A program made the position numbers and the translations under genes. Below, one piece after another: positions 1-12,936 of a stretch of 64,000 bases of DNA (position 1 is the stretch's first letter; each line of letters starts with the position of its first letter). Source of the DNA: Okamejei kenojei (taxonomy: Eukaryota); assembly GCA_035221665.1 (NCBI GenBank), contig CM069139.1, forward strand, positions 30,070,001 through 30,134,000, written 5' to 3'. The notes beneath the pieces were generated by a model. That model was not told where the DNA came from. It saw only the letters and a list, made by a program, of their open reading frames with translations, and did not search any database.

Positions 1-873
1 CCATCCCTGTTTGGGAAACACATATATATTAGTTTATATAGTATGTTTAATATATAAAAGATTTAACACCAATACTTGAAACTAAAGCACCAGATATGCT
101 ATTGAACATAACCAAATTAATTACCTCCATTAAATTGGAAGCAAAAAAACATTAACACCTATAAGTTAGGGAGATGGATAGGAGACTCCATGGCAGCAAC
201 GGCAATGGGAAAACAGTCTGGGAGTAATTCAATTATAGAATTGTAAGAAAAATAGACTTACATGCATTTTGTACAGGTAATATCATAGGGATCAGAGAGA
301 GTACAGTATAGATTACTATTTCTAGCAGTCGTTTCTAGTAATAACTCAAATTGGGGAAAAAGTAGAGTCATGATAACACATTTCTAAATAATCACCTTAC
401 ATAATGATTCTTTTCTGGAAGTTACAGTGGTGGAGTAGCAGCGCCACGCAAATTGAATGATTTGATTTTGACTTCTTTAGTTTTTTTAGATGGAAATGTT
501 TCCCTGATGTCTTGGCTTTTTAAGATATTTTATTTCTTTAATGGTTTGACTTCTTGTTGTTGTTTAGTTCAACCAGAAAGACCTGGGCTTTGAGCTCTAC
601 ACAATGCTGATTGATCTCAACCTGGAAGTTTTTAAATTCTCATTACCATACCAGACAAGGGGAAATTAGCCAGATCTAGTCCGAAATTATGCAAAAATGA
701 TTTCCTACTGAATGCCATATTGGGCAAAACAAAATTCAGATCTTTCTGGCTCATCATCTGCCAATACTTGGCAACTAACTCACAGATTGACCGTAAGCAA
801 TAGGGGTGGGGGAGAGGTGGGAAGGTGCTTATAAAAAGGGACAAAGTTCTGATCAAAACAAATGGTAAATTAC

Positions 874-950
874 CTTTTTCCTTCAACACAAATTTCCTTG
901 CTGCTTTTTATTTGTTGGATGATCCAATTTGTCAGTGTAATCTTCTTTTC
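874..950 (-). CDS. MIS18BP1: MIS18BP1 exon 5 (start of SANTA domain); gene continues beyond the window start
   Basis: AG acceptor (951-952), GTAAT donor (873-869). Translates EKKITLTNWIIQQIKSSKEICVEGK, matching the SANTA N-terminus (L..W.I......ICVEGK). Phase-0 start fits the upstream exon. Confidence 0.9.
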
Positions 951-1315
951 CTATATATTTAGAGAATTATATTACACAGATATATCATTAAAGATTCTAT
1001 CAGACTTGAAAATATTAACCAGATAATTAGCAAGTTTGCACATGATACAAAAGTGGGTGGTTTTACAGATAGTGAAGATGGTTGTGAAAAATTGCAGCAG
1101 GATCTTGATCGATTGGCCAAGTGGGCTGAAGAATGATTGATGGAATTTAATGCAGAAAAATGTGAGGTGTTGCATTTTGGGAAGTTTAACAAGGGTAGGA
1201 CCTACACAGTGAATGGTGGGACTCTGGGTAGTGTTGTAGAGCAGAGGGATCTAGGAGTGCAGGTAGATAGTTCCCTGAAGGTGGAGTCATAGAACATAGA
1301 ACATAGAAAATAGGT

Positions 1316-1640
1316 GCTTAAGAAGGAACTGCAGATGCTGGAAAATCGAAGAAACACAAAAATGCTGGAGAAACTCAGTGGGTGCAGCAGCATTTATGGA
1401 GCGAAGGAAATAGGCAACGTTCCGGGCCGAAACCCGTCTTCAGACTGATAGGGGGTGGGGGGAGGCGGGGAGAAGAAAGGAAAAAGGAGGAGGAGCCCGA
1501 GGGCTGAGGGAGAGGTAGGAAGGGGAGGAGACAGCAAGGGTTAACAGAATTGTGAGAAATCGATGTTCATGCCACCAGGATGCAAACTCCCCAAGGGGAA
1601 TATGAGATGCTGTTCCACCAATTTCAACACCAGAAATTGG
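1316..1640 (-). mobile_element. Penelope-like element terminal fragment (GIY-YIG C-terminus + pLTR)
   Basis: Homologous to 39080-39500; carries a degenerate hammerhead core. Confidence 0.75.
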
Positions 1641-1646
1641 AGGAAT

Positions 1647-3069
1647 ACACACATTACCCTATAATAAAAAAGCAAAAACAGGCGATTATTGTCTCAAGTC
1701 TTCTTGAGTATGACGCTACAAGCTTGGCACACCTGAATTTGGGTAATTTCTCCCATTCTTTGCAGATCCTCTCAAGCTCTGTCAGATTGGATGGGGAGCG
1801 TCGATGCACAGCTATTTTCAGGTCCTTCCAGTGATGTTCGATCGGGTTCAAGTCTGGGCTCTGGCTGGCGGCTCAAGGACATTCACAGACTTGTCACGAA
1901 GCCACTCCTGCATTGTCATGGCTGTGTGCTTAAGGATGTTGTTGTGTTGGAAGGTGAACCTCCACCCCAGTCTGAGGTCCAGAACACTCTGGTGCAGGTT
2001 TTCATCAAGGATCTCTCTGTACTTTGCTCTTTTCATCTTTCCCTCAATCCAGACTAGTCTCCCAGTTTCTGCCGTTGAAAAACATCCCCACAGCATGATG
2101 CTGCCACCACCATGCTTCACCGTAGGTATGGTATTGGCCAGGTGATGAGTGGTGCCTAGTTTCCTCCAGACATGACGCTTGGCATTCAGGCCAAAAAGTT
2201 CAATCTTGGTTTCATCAGACCAGAGAATCTTGTTTCTCATGGTCTGACGGTCCTTTAGTGCCTTTTGGCAAATTCCAAGTGGGCTGTCATGTGCCTTTTA
2301 CTGGGGAGTGATTTCCGTCTGGCCACTCTACCATAAAGCCTGATTGGTAGAGTCCTGCAGATATAGTTGTCCTACTGGAAGGTTCTCCCATCTCCACAGA
2401 GGAACTCTGGAGCTCTGTCAGAGCGACCATCGGGTTCTTGGTCACCTCCTAACCAAGGCCCTTCTCCCCCAATTGCTCAGTTTGGCTGGGAGGCCAGCTA
2501 ATGAAGAGTCCTGGCGGTTCCAAAGTTCTTCCATTTAAGAATGATGGAGGCCAGTGTGCTTTTCGGGACCTGCAATGTTGCAGACATTGTTTTATACCCT
2601 TCCCCAGATCTGTGTGTCGACACAATCCTGTCTCAGATGCCTACGGACAATTCCTTCTTCTTCGTGGCTTGGTTTTTGCTCTGACGTGCACTGTCAACTG
2701 TGGGATACAGTTATACAGACAGGTGTGTGCCTTCCCAAATCATGTCCAATCATTTTAATTTACCACTGGTGGACTCCAATCAAGTTGTAGAAACATCTCA
2801 AGGATAATCAATGAAAACAGGATGAGCCTTAGCTCAATTTTGAGTGTCACAGCAAAGGGTCTGCATACTTATGTAAATGTGATATTTCAGTTATTTCTTT
2901 TGAATTACTTTGCAAAAATTTCTAAACACCTGTTTTTGCTTTTTCTGTTATGGGGTATTGTGCGTAGGCTGATGATAAAAAAACATTTTTTTATCCATTT
3001 TAGAATAAGGCTGTAGCATAACAAAATGTGGAAAAAGTGAAGGGGTCCGAATACTTTCTGAATGCACTG
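1647..3069 (-). mobile_element. Tc1/mariner DNA transposon, degenerate transposase, one end truncated
   Basis: WSDETKIELFG, TVKHGGGSIMLWGCF and NPIEH.W motifs in broken frames. TIR CAGTGCATTCAGAAAGTATTC ends at 3069, followed by TA. Confidence 0.93.
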
Positions 3070-4049
3070 TAGATCGGGTGGTCAAAAAGGCTTTTAGCCT
3101 TCATCAGCCAGAGTATTGAGTATAGAAGTTGGGAGGTCATGTTGCACTAATACAAGACGTTGGTGAGGCCACATTTAGAGTATTGTGTTTAGTTCTGGGC
3201 ACGTTTTATAGAAAAGATGTTGTCAAGTTGGAAAGGGTACAGAGAAGATTTACGAGGATGTTGCCAAGACTAGAGGGTCTGAACTAAAGGCAGAGGTTGA
3301 GTAGGCTGGGACACTATTCCTTGGAGCGAGGAGGATGAGGGGTGTTAGATCATGCGAGGAATAGATCGGGTAGATGCACAGAGTCTCTTGCCCAGAATAG
3401 GTGAATCGAGTACCAGGGAACATAGGTTTAGGGCAAAGGGGAAAAGATTTAATAGGAATCTGAGGGGTATTTTATCACACAGAGGATGGTGGATGTATGG
3501 AACAAGCTGCCAGAGGAGGTAGTTGAGGCAGGGCCTATCCCAACTTTTAAGAAACAATTAGACAGGCACATGGATAGGATAGGTTTGGAGGGATATGGAC
3601 AAATATGCTGGCAGGTGGGACTAGTGTAGCTGGGCAAGTTGGTCCAAAGGACCCGTTTCCATACTGTATCACTCTATAACTCTAATTAAATTATTAGACA
3701 TAGAAGATCGCCTTCAAGAGATGTTCACTAATAAATTATCTGCTAATTATGTGGGTGACTTCTAGTAGCCACTAATAATTTTACATATTGTAAGTCACCT
3801 GTTAATCAATATCCATCTTGAAGAATAATGTACCCGTTCAAGGAAGCTTGGTTTTCCTCATTCAAAATGGGAGGTTAATTAAAAGGTGGCATAATCTCCA
3901 AATTTAGCGATAAATTGCTCACCATTTATTACATCTTCAAGAAAATCCACAAGGAATGAAATATTTACTTTGCAATTATACAATTCATCTTGAGTACAAA
4001 CATCTATTGATAACCTTGAATATGATCTATAACTGTGCACCAAAGCAAT

Positions 4050-4700
4050 TCTGGAGTAAAAATACTATAGTACGCGAAAGGAACAGGCCCTTTGGCCCAA
4101 AATGACAATGCTGATCATAAATCTTAAACACCACTATCAGATCTGCTTCCACCAGAACCCCTAGTAGTGTATCTATACACTGTAAATGGCTCGATTGTAA
4201 TAATTCACCGTCTTTCCGCTGACTGGATAGCACACAACAAAAGCTTTTCACTGAAAGTAAACAATGAAAACAATCCATTTATCCAACCTATCCTTACAGC
4301 TAATACCCTCTAATCCATTTTTGGTAAATCTCTGCACTCTCTCCAAAAGCCTCACATCCTTCCTGTGATGAGGCAACTAAAACCGCACCCAATACTCCAA
4401 ATGCGACCTAACTAAAATTTTATAATGCTGCAATACGACTTCCTGACTCCTATACTTCATGCCTTGGTCAATGAAGCAAGTGTACCATATAACTCCTTTA
4501 CAACTCTATTTAATTGCATTGCCACTTTCGCGGAGCTATCGACTTGGGCCCCAAGATTCCTCTGTACATCAATCTGTTAAGGTCTTGCCATTAACTGAAC
4601 ACTTTCTCCTCACACTTGACCTCCCAAATTTCACCACCTCACACTTGCTTGGTTTAAACTCCACCTGACATTTATTCGTCCATATCTTTAACTGATCTAA
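4050..4700 (-). mobile_element. Degraded CR1 fragments (with a short Rex1-like 3' piece)
   Basis: Similarity to the other CR1 RT and 3' segments in this window. Confidence 0.65.
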
Positions 4701-5673
4701 CTGCGTTTACAGCCAAGTCATTATCACAAACAATAGAAGTCCGAGCACAGACTCTCGTAGAATATTCCAAAGATTCACAACCCCAAGATCAGAAATTTCT
4801 CCACAGCTTAGACATAAAACTATGTATCTCGACAACGTACTCTCTAGACAGATAAATTGGGACAGGAACTCCAACAACCTGCATTCAATCCTGATCTCTG
4901 GTGTTGTCCGTGTGCAGCTTGTACATTCTCTTTTTGACTGCGGGTTTACCCTTAGTGCTACAATTTCCTCCGACACTACTTGGCAGGTGCGAATTGACAC
5001 TTTAAATGGCCACTGTGAAATGCTCCTAGTATGTGCATGAGTGGTAGAATCTACAGGGAGTTTTGGCGAGATTAAAACAGGATTAAAGTAAATTACTACT
5101 TGACTGTGAGTTGCACTGAGGGGTCTATTTCAATGTTTTAATAAAAATGAATTTCAATACATCAATCTTGCTTATCGTCACCAATGCAAAATCTTTCAGA
5201 GCAACCAAGAGTTATCCTGCTTTGTAAAGCAAACCAAATGGTGACATTCCCCAGAATGGCATTGGAGACACTATCAGCTCTACATAGTATTTCGAGACAC
5301 AGGGACAGTTCTGTAGGGATCAAAAAACCTACATTCTGAAGAAATAAACACCCGTAATCAATTAGTATTAGCAGTGTTCAGAACAGTATCTTATGAGCAT
5401 TTTCCCAGTGGCTAAAAAATAAAACATTTATCATGGTTATACAGTAATTTTGCTAAACATTTCAACTATTGCACACATTCCAGATGACAAAAATTAGGTT
5501 CTGCATAATTTTTCCACTCATAAATCTTAAATTTCTTGTAAGGTGCTGAATTTGCAATATTCTCTTAATTCTGGAACCACGATACCACAAATGATAGGAC
5601 TTTTTTATTAAAAAGAATTGTCATACGTTAGTTATTATTTTTTTAAAATATCCAATTTGTTAATTTTGCTTAC

Positions 5674-6164
5674 CGCTTTCCTTTTGGGACTATCAACGTT
5701 GTTAGGATTTGGTTTTCCAAGTTCAACCTCTGCCTCTTTTCTGGGTATAGTGATCTTTGGTGATGTCAGCAAAATAGTGCACAGCTCCTTACATCCTTCA
5801 ATGTCTTTATTAGCTTCTCCATTTTTTGTTTGCACCGTATTTTTATTTGGATAAGCACCCTTTTGTAAAGAAGTGGCACTGAAATTTATAATGTCCCGGA
5901 TTTCATTTTTTGCATGGTTGGCATGAATGATGGTTGAACTTGAATTTGCAGCGGTTTGTGCTGTGAACTGGGACCTTTCATCATCACCATCATTATCGTT
6001 ATCCATATCCAGTTTCAGAGAAAGAGCATCCCAATTTTCAATGTTTTTGGCAGCACAATCAACATTGGACATCACCATGTTTTTTGTAGGCTGATTGGTA
6101 CTTGGCATATTTGATATTCTTGTTGAAACAGATATTCCATGATGGTCACTATGCAGCAAACCAA
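5674..6164 (-). CDS. MIS18BP1: MIS18BP1 exon 4
   Basis: Polypyrimidine tract + TAG acceptor, GTAAG donor, 491 bp, phase 1 to 0. Lies within ORF 5635..6240 and contains CTILLTSPKITIPRK, resembling the pre-SANTA motif of M18BP1. Confidence 0.88.
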
Positions 6165-6902
6165 CTAGTTGCAAAAAAATAAATACCAAGAGAAAGAAAG
6201 AAAGAATATTAGAATTACCAGACATTCTTGCAATGCTCAAAAGCTATGAAAATACTACAGCCAGTGATTAATTGCATCCAATTGTGCTGAAAGATGAGAG
6301 ATCATGAGGCAATGACAATCATGAAGATAAAATGGGCATGGAGAATTCCTATAGTTTAAATAAAGTAACAGTGGTCATGTTCAAAATTACGGGGACAATT
6401 CACACCACACAATTAAGAATCCATTAACTGACAGCAAACCCATTATCAAGGGGGAGAAACAACTTTTTTCATCAATCATCAATATGGATTTATTCAAAAT
6501 TTGCCTTTTTGGACAATTTTCTTGGCACTTGAAAAATTAGCATCCCAAGTGATAAGGTAAATGCACAAATTATGTACTTATATCTCAGGAAAAATGACAT
6601 ACAAAAGGCTGCAAGCTAAACAAAATATTGGTAAGAATCATATCAGATTATCAGACTGAATATGACATCAAAGGGGTTGAGAGAAAAATCACTTTAAGAG
6701 TAATGCTACAGTGAGAAATACTGTCAGTACCAGAAATTGCTATTGAGAATTACAATTATTTCTAATTTACAAAATGATTTGAATTGAGAAACCCCAATGC
6801 AATTGGCATGTGTTAACTAAATAAGCATTAAAATCAAAATAATAATTATCTCAATGTATCTATGTGAATAGAAAACTCCAAGGCAAAGGCCAGTATAAAT
6901 AA

Positions 6903-7976
6903 ACAATAGACAATAGGTGCAGGAGTAGGCAGTACCCCGTTCCTGCCTTCTCCCCATATCCCCTAACTCCTCTATTTTTAAGAGCCATATCTAGCTCGCT
7001 CTTCAAAGCATCCAGAGAACCCGCCTCCACCGCCCTCTGCGGCAGAGAATTCCACAGACTCACCACTCTCTGTGAGAAAAAGTTATTCCTCGTCTCCGTT
7101 CTAAATGGCTTACTCCTTATTCTTAAAACTGTGGCCCCTAGTTCTGGACTCACCCAACATCGGGAACATGTTTCCTGCCTCTAGCATGTCCAAATCCTTA
7201 ACAACCTTGTACGTTTCAATGAGATATCCTGTCATCCTTCTAAACTCCAGAGTGTACAAGCCCAGCTGCTCCATTCGCTCAGCATATGACAGCCCAGCCA
7301 TCCCGGGAATTAACCTTGTAAACCTACGCTGCACTCCCTCAATAGCAAGAATGTCCTTCCTCAAATTCGGGGACCAAAACTGCACACAATACTCCAGGTG
7401 TGGTCTCACTAGGGCTTTGTACAATTACAGAAGGACCTCTTTGCTCCTATATTCGATTCCTCTTGTTATAAAGGCCAACATGCCATTTGCTTTCTTCACT
7501 GCCTGCTGTACCTGCATGCTTACTTTCATAGACCCCCAGATCCCATTGTACTTCCCCTTTTCCCACTTGACGCCATTTAGATAGTAATCTGCCTTCCTGT
7601 TTTCGATACCAAAGTGGATAACCTCACATTTATCTGCATTAAACTTCATCTGCCCACTCCATCAACCTGTCCAAGTCACCCTGCATTCTCATAGCATCCT
7701 CCTCACAGTTCACACTGCCATCCAGCTTTGTGTCATCTGCAAATTTGCTGATGTTACTTTGAATCCCTTCATCCAAATCATTGATGTATATTATAAATAG
7801 CTGCGGTCCCAGCACCGAGCCTTGCGGTACCCCACTAGTCACTGCCTGCCATTCTGAAAGGGACCCGTTAATCCCTACTCTTTGTTTCCTGTCTGCCAAC
7901 CACTTCTCTATCCATGTCAGCACTACCCCCAATACCATGTGCCCTAATTTTGCCCACTAATCTCCTATGTGGGACC
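6903..7976 (-). mobile_element. CR1 (HER1-like) LINE, 5'-truncated
   Basis: [30 protein letters not shown]; (TCTATTG)n-type tail. Confidence 0.93.
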
Positions 7977-8113
7977 TTTTTTTTATAAATTGTATGACTG
8001 ACCTGGCCAGTGAATTTTACTACACCAATTGGTGTATGTGACAATAAATGAACTTATGAACGTATCAAATAAATATATAATATTCAAAAGAAGAATGTAA
8101 AACTAAGTGTACA

Positions 8114-8154
<41 letters not shown>

Positions 8155-8327
8155 CTACCCCCTTATAAGTTGCAATATGACTATTGGTGGGCATTACTCA
8201 AAACATCGAACAAATGCAGAGCAGAATTTGAAAACCTACTTGTATAAAGCACAGTAAATTGAAAAAAATGTTGAGGGTCAGAATGTATGGAATATTAAAA
8301 ATAAATTGTAAAATCAACTGACCATAC

Positions 8328-8486
8328 CTTCATGTCCTGAACGTTTTAGTGCAGGCAATGGAGTACGTTGATTGTTCAATTCCACATTTTGCTTCATTTG
8401 TAAGAACGTTTTTGCTGGGGACCGTGGCATCACAGAATCATGGTTCTTCCTGTGTGCAATGTGGGATCCATTCACTGGATTGGGAA
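8328..8486 (-). CDS. MIS18BP1: MIS18BP1 exon 3 (symmetric phase 1-1, 159 bp)
   Basis: CAG acceptor, GTATG donor. Encodes ...PRSPAKTFLQMKQ...; phases are compatible with both neighbours. Confidence 0.78.
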
Positions 8487-9332
8487 CTGTGATCAATCAT
8501 AAATTTACATAAGACATTTAGATAGGATAGAAACTGGATATTTCTATGCATATACTTTTCATTTAATGTCTGACAGGTAGACACTGATGTTTAAAACAAT
8601 TAATTGTGGTTTTATGTAATGATCAATAGATGATTTATCACATATCCCTGTTACTTCTATTAAATGCACAAAGCCAAATCCAATAGTGAAGATTTCAATA
8701 CAAGTTGAAATTTTCTGGCAATGCACAGAATTGAATAGTATGTATCAAGGTTTTATTTTTGGCTTTGCTTTATTTTTGTACAGAAATGGCCACTGTTTTT
8801 AGAAATTACATGGTGCTGCAAATTTCATGAATCACTGGCATTAGAAACTTATTTTCAGAAGATGTGGAGAGATAAAGAACAATGAATGAAAGATATGCAA
8901 AAAAGTAACGATGATTAAGGAAACAGGCCATTGTTAGCTATTTGTTAGGTAAAAACGAGAATCTAGTGCGACTTGGGTGGGGGAGTGATAGAGAGAGAGA
9001 GGGAATGCCAGGTTTTCTAATCATGAGCTGTAAAGAAAAAAATGCCCGTTCTGTGATCTAAAGATCTGGGCAATAATACATTGAGATAATAATCGATATT
9101 ACAGGTTATAGATTATAACTGAGCTCCTATAACAAATAACGTGATGATCTCAAATGGATTTAGCCTTACAATGATGCAAATCATATGGTCTGGTGCTTTG
9201 AATGAAGACGCTTAGGTTGGCTCTTTGTTAGGCCCAATTAATTCAATCCATCTACTCTTCTCCCACCTCTTGCCCATAGATTTGTATTTTTTGCTGTATT
9301 TAAATATTTATCCTTTACTTATTCTGATTTAT

Positions 9333-10039
9333 TAGACAATAGACAATTGATAATAGGTGCAGAAGTAAGCCAATCAGTCCTTCGAGCCAGCATTGCCATT
9401 CACTGTGATCATGATTGATCATCCACAATCAGTACCTCGTTCCTGCCTTCTCCCCAGATCCCTTGACTCCGCTACCTTTAAGAGCTCTATCTAACTCTCT
9501 CTTGAAAGCATCCAGAGTATTGGCCTCCACTGCCATCCAAGGCAGAGAATTCCACAGATTCACAACTCTCTGGGTGAAAAGGTTTCTCCTCATCTCCGTT
9601 CTAAATGGCCTACCCTCTATTCTTAAACTGTGGCCCCTGGTTCTGGACTCCCCCAACATCGGGAACATGTTTTCTGCCTCTAGTGTGTCCAATCCCTGAA
9701 TAATCTTATAACTTTCAATAAGATCCCCTCTCATCCTTCTAAATTCCAGTGTATACAAACCCAGTCGCTCCATTCTTTCAACATATGACAGTCCCGCCAT
9801 CCTAGGAATTAACCTTGTGAACCTATGCTGCACTCCCTCAAATAGAGACCAAAACTGCACACGATACTCCAGGAGTGGTCTCACTAGGGCCTTGTACAAC
9901 TGCAGAAGGACCTCTTTGCTCCTATACTCAATTCCTCTTGTTAAGAAGGCCAACATGCCATTAGCTTTCTTCATTGCCTGCTGTACCTGCATACTTACTT
10001 TCAGTGACTGATAAACAAGGACACCCAGATTTCGTTGTA
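9333..10039 (-). mobile_element. CR1 LINE 3' fragment
   Basis: ORF 9429..10073 is the CR1 RT C-terminus; 3' tail at ~9335. Confidence 0.92.
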
Positions 10040-10135
10040 CAGGGCTCGAAATTAGTGGTTGCCCGGGTGCCAATGACCACCCAAAGTGCCGCCGGGCAAC
10101 CTAAACGCCAAGTCATTTTGCCCGGCTTGGCACTG
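10040..10135. mobile_element. hAT-like terminal sequence (CAGGGCTCGAAATT...), partner end not found
   Basis: Abruptly truncates the CR1; CAGGG start and GCCCGG subterminal repeats. Confidence 0.45.
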
Positions 10136-10475
10136 CAGATACTGGTTTATACCGAAGAAAGACACAAAAAACTGGAGTAAGTCAGTGGGTCAGGCAGCAT
10201 CTCTGGAGAAAAGGAACATGACGTTTCGTGTCGGCGATGGCTGTAGTGCAGGGCAAAGATACCAGGTGCGGTGTGCCCAAGGGTCGGAGTGAATGACGGG
10301 TCCCGCACAGCAGCAGCCGCGGCAGCGGCTCCACCTCCTCCCGCACCCTGACCGCTCTGATAGCGGCCACTGCTTGCAAATCCGCTAACAGCAATAACCG
10401 CTTTCAAAACAACCCCTCTAGTACGCCGAGGCCGGGAGGAGGGAAGGAGGGGGGAGACCTCTGAAGCAGCTGCAC

Positions 10476-10503
10476 CAAAGATCCTACAGCTATGGGATCT
10501 TTG
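10476..10503. mobile_element. 28-bp TIR-only remnant of the CAAAGATC family (P-like excision footprint)
   Basis: CAAAGATCCTACAGCTATGGGATCTTTG flanked by AGCTGCAC / AGCCGCAC. Confidence 0.8.
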
Positions 10504-12073
10504 AGCCGCACCGCTCGGCCCCGCACCTTCCTGTTGGTTGATGGAGGAGGGGGCAAGGAGATCCCAACCGCCTCCCCATTTGGCAGCGGGGCGGTGTTGT
10601 CCGAGGAGCACTGACCCCTCTCTCTCCCTCTCTCCCCCCACCCTCCACACCTCTTATCCTGAGACCCCTCCTCACCATCCCGCACTGATCCCCATTCCCG
10701 CCTCTATTCTGTCCTCACTGACATCCCCTGTGCTCCCCTCCCCATCTATCCCTGATACGTCACCTATTCCTTTGCTCCATAGATGCTGCCTCACCAGCTG
10801 AGTTTGTCCAGCATTTTTGTCTACAATTGATTTTTCTAGCATCTGCAGTTCTTTCTTAAACATTTCATCAAACTGAAGAAGGGTCTCGACCTAAAACGTC
10901 GCCTATCCATTTTCTCCAGAGATGCTGCTTGACCCGCAAGTGTGGTTACCATAGGAAAGTAACTGGCAGTCAGTGGGGAATGCACAGGATCTGCCCTCAC
11001 CCATTAATTAGGTGGGTTCAGGAGCCGGTGAAACCCGGGTCAGCACGGCCTGAACTGCACAAAGTTAAGTCCAGTTACAGGGAGGGCAGGAGCGTTGAGA
11101 AGGAGGGAGTCGGGGATCATGGCAGGAACTCACTCACTCACCACTGCCGCGGCATTGTGGCCAGGGAGGGAAGTAGATCGGGTGGCTGCCAGCAGCCACC
11201 GGGACCGGACAGCGGAATCGACCACCACACCACACAGGCGCAACTGGTGGAGGTGGTGGTTGACGGGTAGCTACTGGGGCAGAAGGCTGGCTGCTCTGTC
11301 CTGGGCTCTCTATCTCTCTCTCTCTCCCCCGTTATATGATGTCCCTGAGCCAGGCAGTAAATAATCCGCAACACGGAATCCAGCTCCTCAGAGTAATATT
11401 AAGCTGCCTATTATTGAGCACAAGAGGGCGCTGTTACTTTTTCTAATACATTTTCTAATTATCTTAATTAATTAGTGAGCAATCTAGACACTTTTTCGAT
11501 GCTCGGCCCATATTAGTAGGTGTTTTTTGGATAATTGACATATTTGCCTACATATCAATGGCGAAAATCTAAACATTGTTTCTAAATAAATGGAAACTTC
11601 TTTATATTTTGCATTTTCAAACACCAGTATGTATACTTAAGGCAGCACAAATTAAGAACTAAAAAGGCATTAATACTAAACTTGCACCGTTGTTATCAAA
11701 CATCATCTGGAATGGGCCCAAAGATTCATGTTCTGATTACTTCACAGATATGAAGCAGAAATTCCAGGCAAATTGGTCAATTTTCATAAACTACACAATC
11801 AATGTGACTTTGAATGATATGCAAACATATAATAATGCATATAAATATACAAGAAAATATATTTTAACATTAATATCTATGAATATTGAAATAAAGTTGT
11901 TGTCATTGCTGCACTGCCTATTTCACCTGACTAGAAATGGCATGGTAACTAACATAATTAGGGATACAGAAATTTGGCATATTGCATTTGGATTTTACCT
12001 TTTTATTAAAAAAAAGGTTTAAACTGGAAAGATTGAGAATTTTAAATTTTCAACAATACTTCATTTACAACTA

Positions 12074-12764
12074 TGGGAGTATAGAAATCAGTCATTATAG
12101 CTTTATATTTTTTTATATCCTTAGTGTTTGTAATACTTGAGATACTTAACTATTATCCTTTGTATTTTAGCTTTTGCTCTGCATGTTTGGATTAGCTTTT
12201 GCTCTGCATGTTTGGATTTAGCTTTTGCTCTGCATGTTTATACAAGTCTTTTGTGCTTTTTGTGCATGTGCTTTTGTTTGTTTTTGTAAGCCGAGTGTAG
12301 GCGTTTGGGTTCTTCTCTCGTAGCTAGTTCGGCAATTAGTGTAAATCAATTGTGACAGGTATATGACCTTTGTAACTCTGTAACAAACCCTAGCTGGAAG
12401 AGGTAAGGGATGCCAAGATAGGAGAAATCATGTGGTTTACATAAGGATGGATTACGAGATGGAAAATAACTGGGGTAGGAGGGGAAAACTGGATGCAGGT
12501 AATTGGTTAATGATAAGGGAATGGCTGCAAGTGATTGGTTATTGATAAGGGAATGTCTGCAAGTAATTGGGTATGGAAATGTACTGGGGTGGGACGTACA
12601 GAGTTAAACATGCCATAAAAAGAAGCAACTCTTTGTGTGGGGTGGGCATTCAAGCGATTTACTCTTTGAGTGTCCCAGCCTTGATTTGCAATTAAAGGTT
12701 TGAACTTCTTGAAGAATTCTCCACGTCGCCTGACTTAATTTTTAGTATCGGTAACCGCGACACA
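12074..12764 (+). mobile_element. Solo LTR (ERV1-like or Gypsy)
   Basis: TG...CA ends, 4-bp TSD ACTA (12070-73, 12765-68), internal 25-bp tandem repeats, CATAAAA box and ATTAAA polyA signal. Confidence 0.75.
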
Positions 12765-12936
12765 ACTAAAATACGCTAAGCTATGTAATACCTTTATATA
12801 CACCCAGATTTTCTTAAATGAACACAATAAATTGAACAAAATAATTTTAATTCCTTGCATGCAACTAGCAAATGGCCAGTGACAAATATTAAATATATCA
12901 GATTGTAGACAATATTTAATCAATATTATTTCATAC

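Larger units (their letters stand above)
1005..3685 (+). mobile_element. CR1 LINE 3' part, interrupted (about 1289-3069) by a Penelope fragment and a Tc1
   Basis: CR1 RT motifs (KFAHDTK, FNAEKCEVLHFG) before 1290; the sequence resumes at 3070 with LVRPHLEYC and a CR1 3' tail. Confidence 0.85.

Noticed and set aside
632-889. 85-aa minus-strand ORF and a WHS-like triplet near 715 as the next SANTA exon
   Set aside because: Wrong frame or early stop and no splice support; the next exon is probably outside the window.
3799-3950. Possible minus-strand exon ending in a GTGAC donor
   Set aside because: Stops in the frame tested and no M18BP1 similarity; exons 4 and 5 already join in phase.
8116-8152. 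Long poly-C run as a functional G-quadruplex
   Set aside because: Simple homopolymer of uncertain assembled length.
10147-11374. Several GC-rich ORFs
   Set aside because: Low-complexity translations within repeat-derived sequence; no domains.
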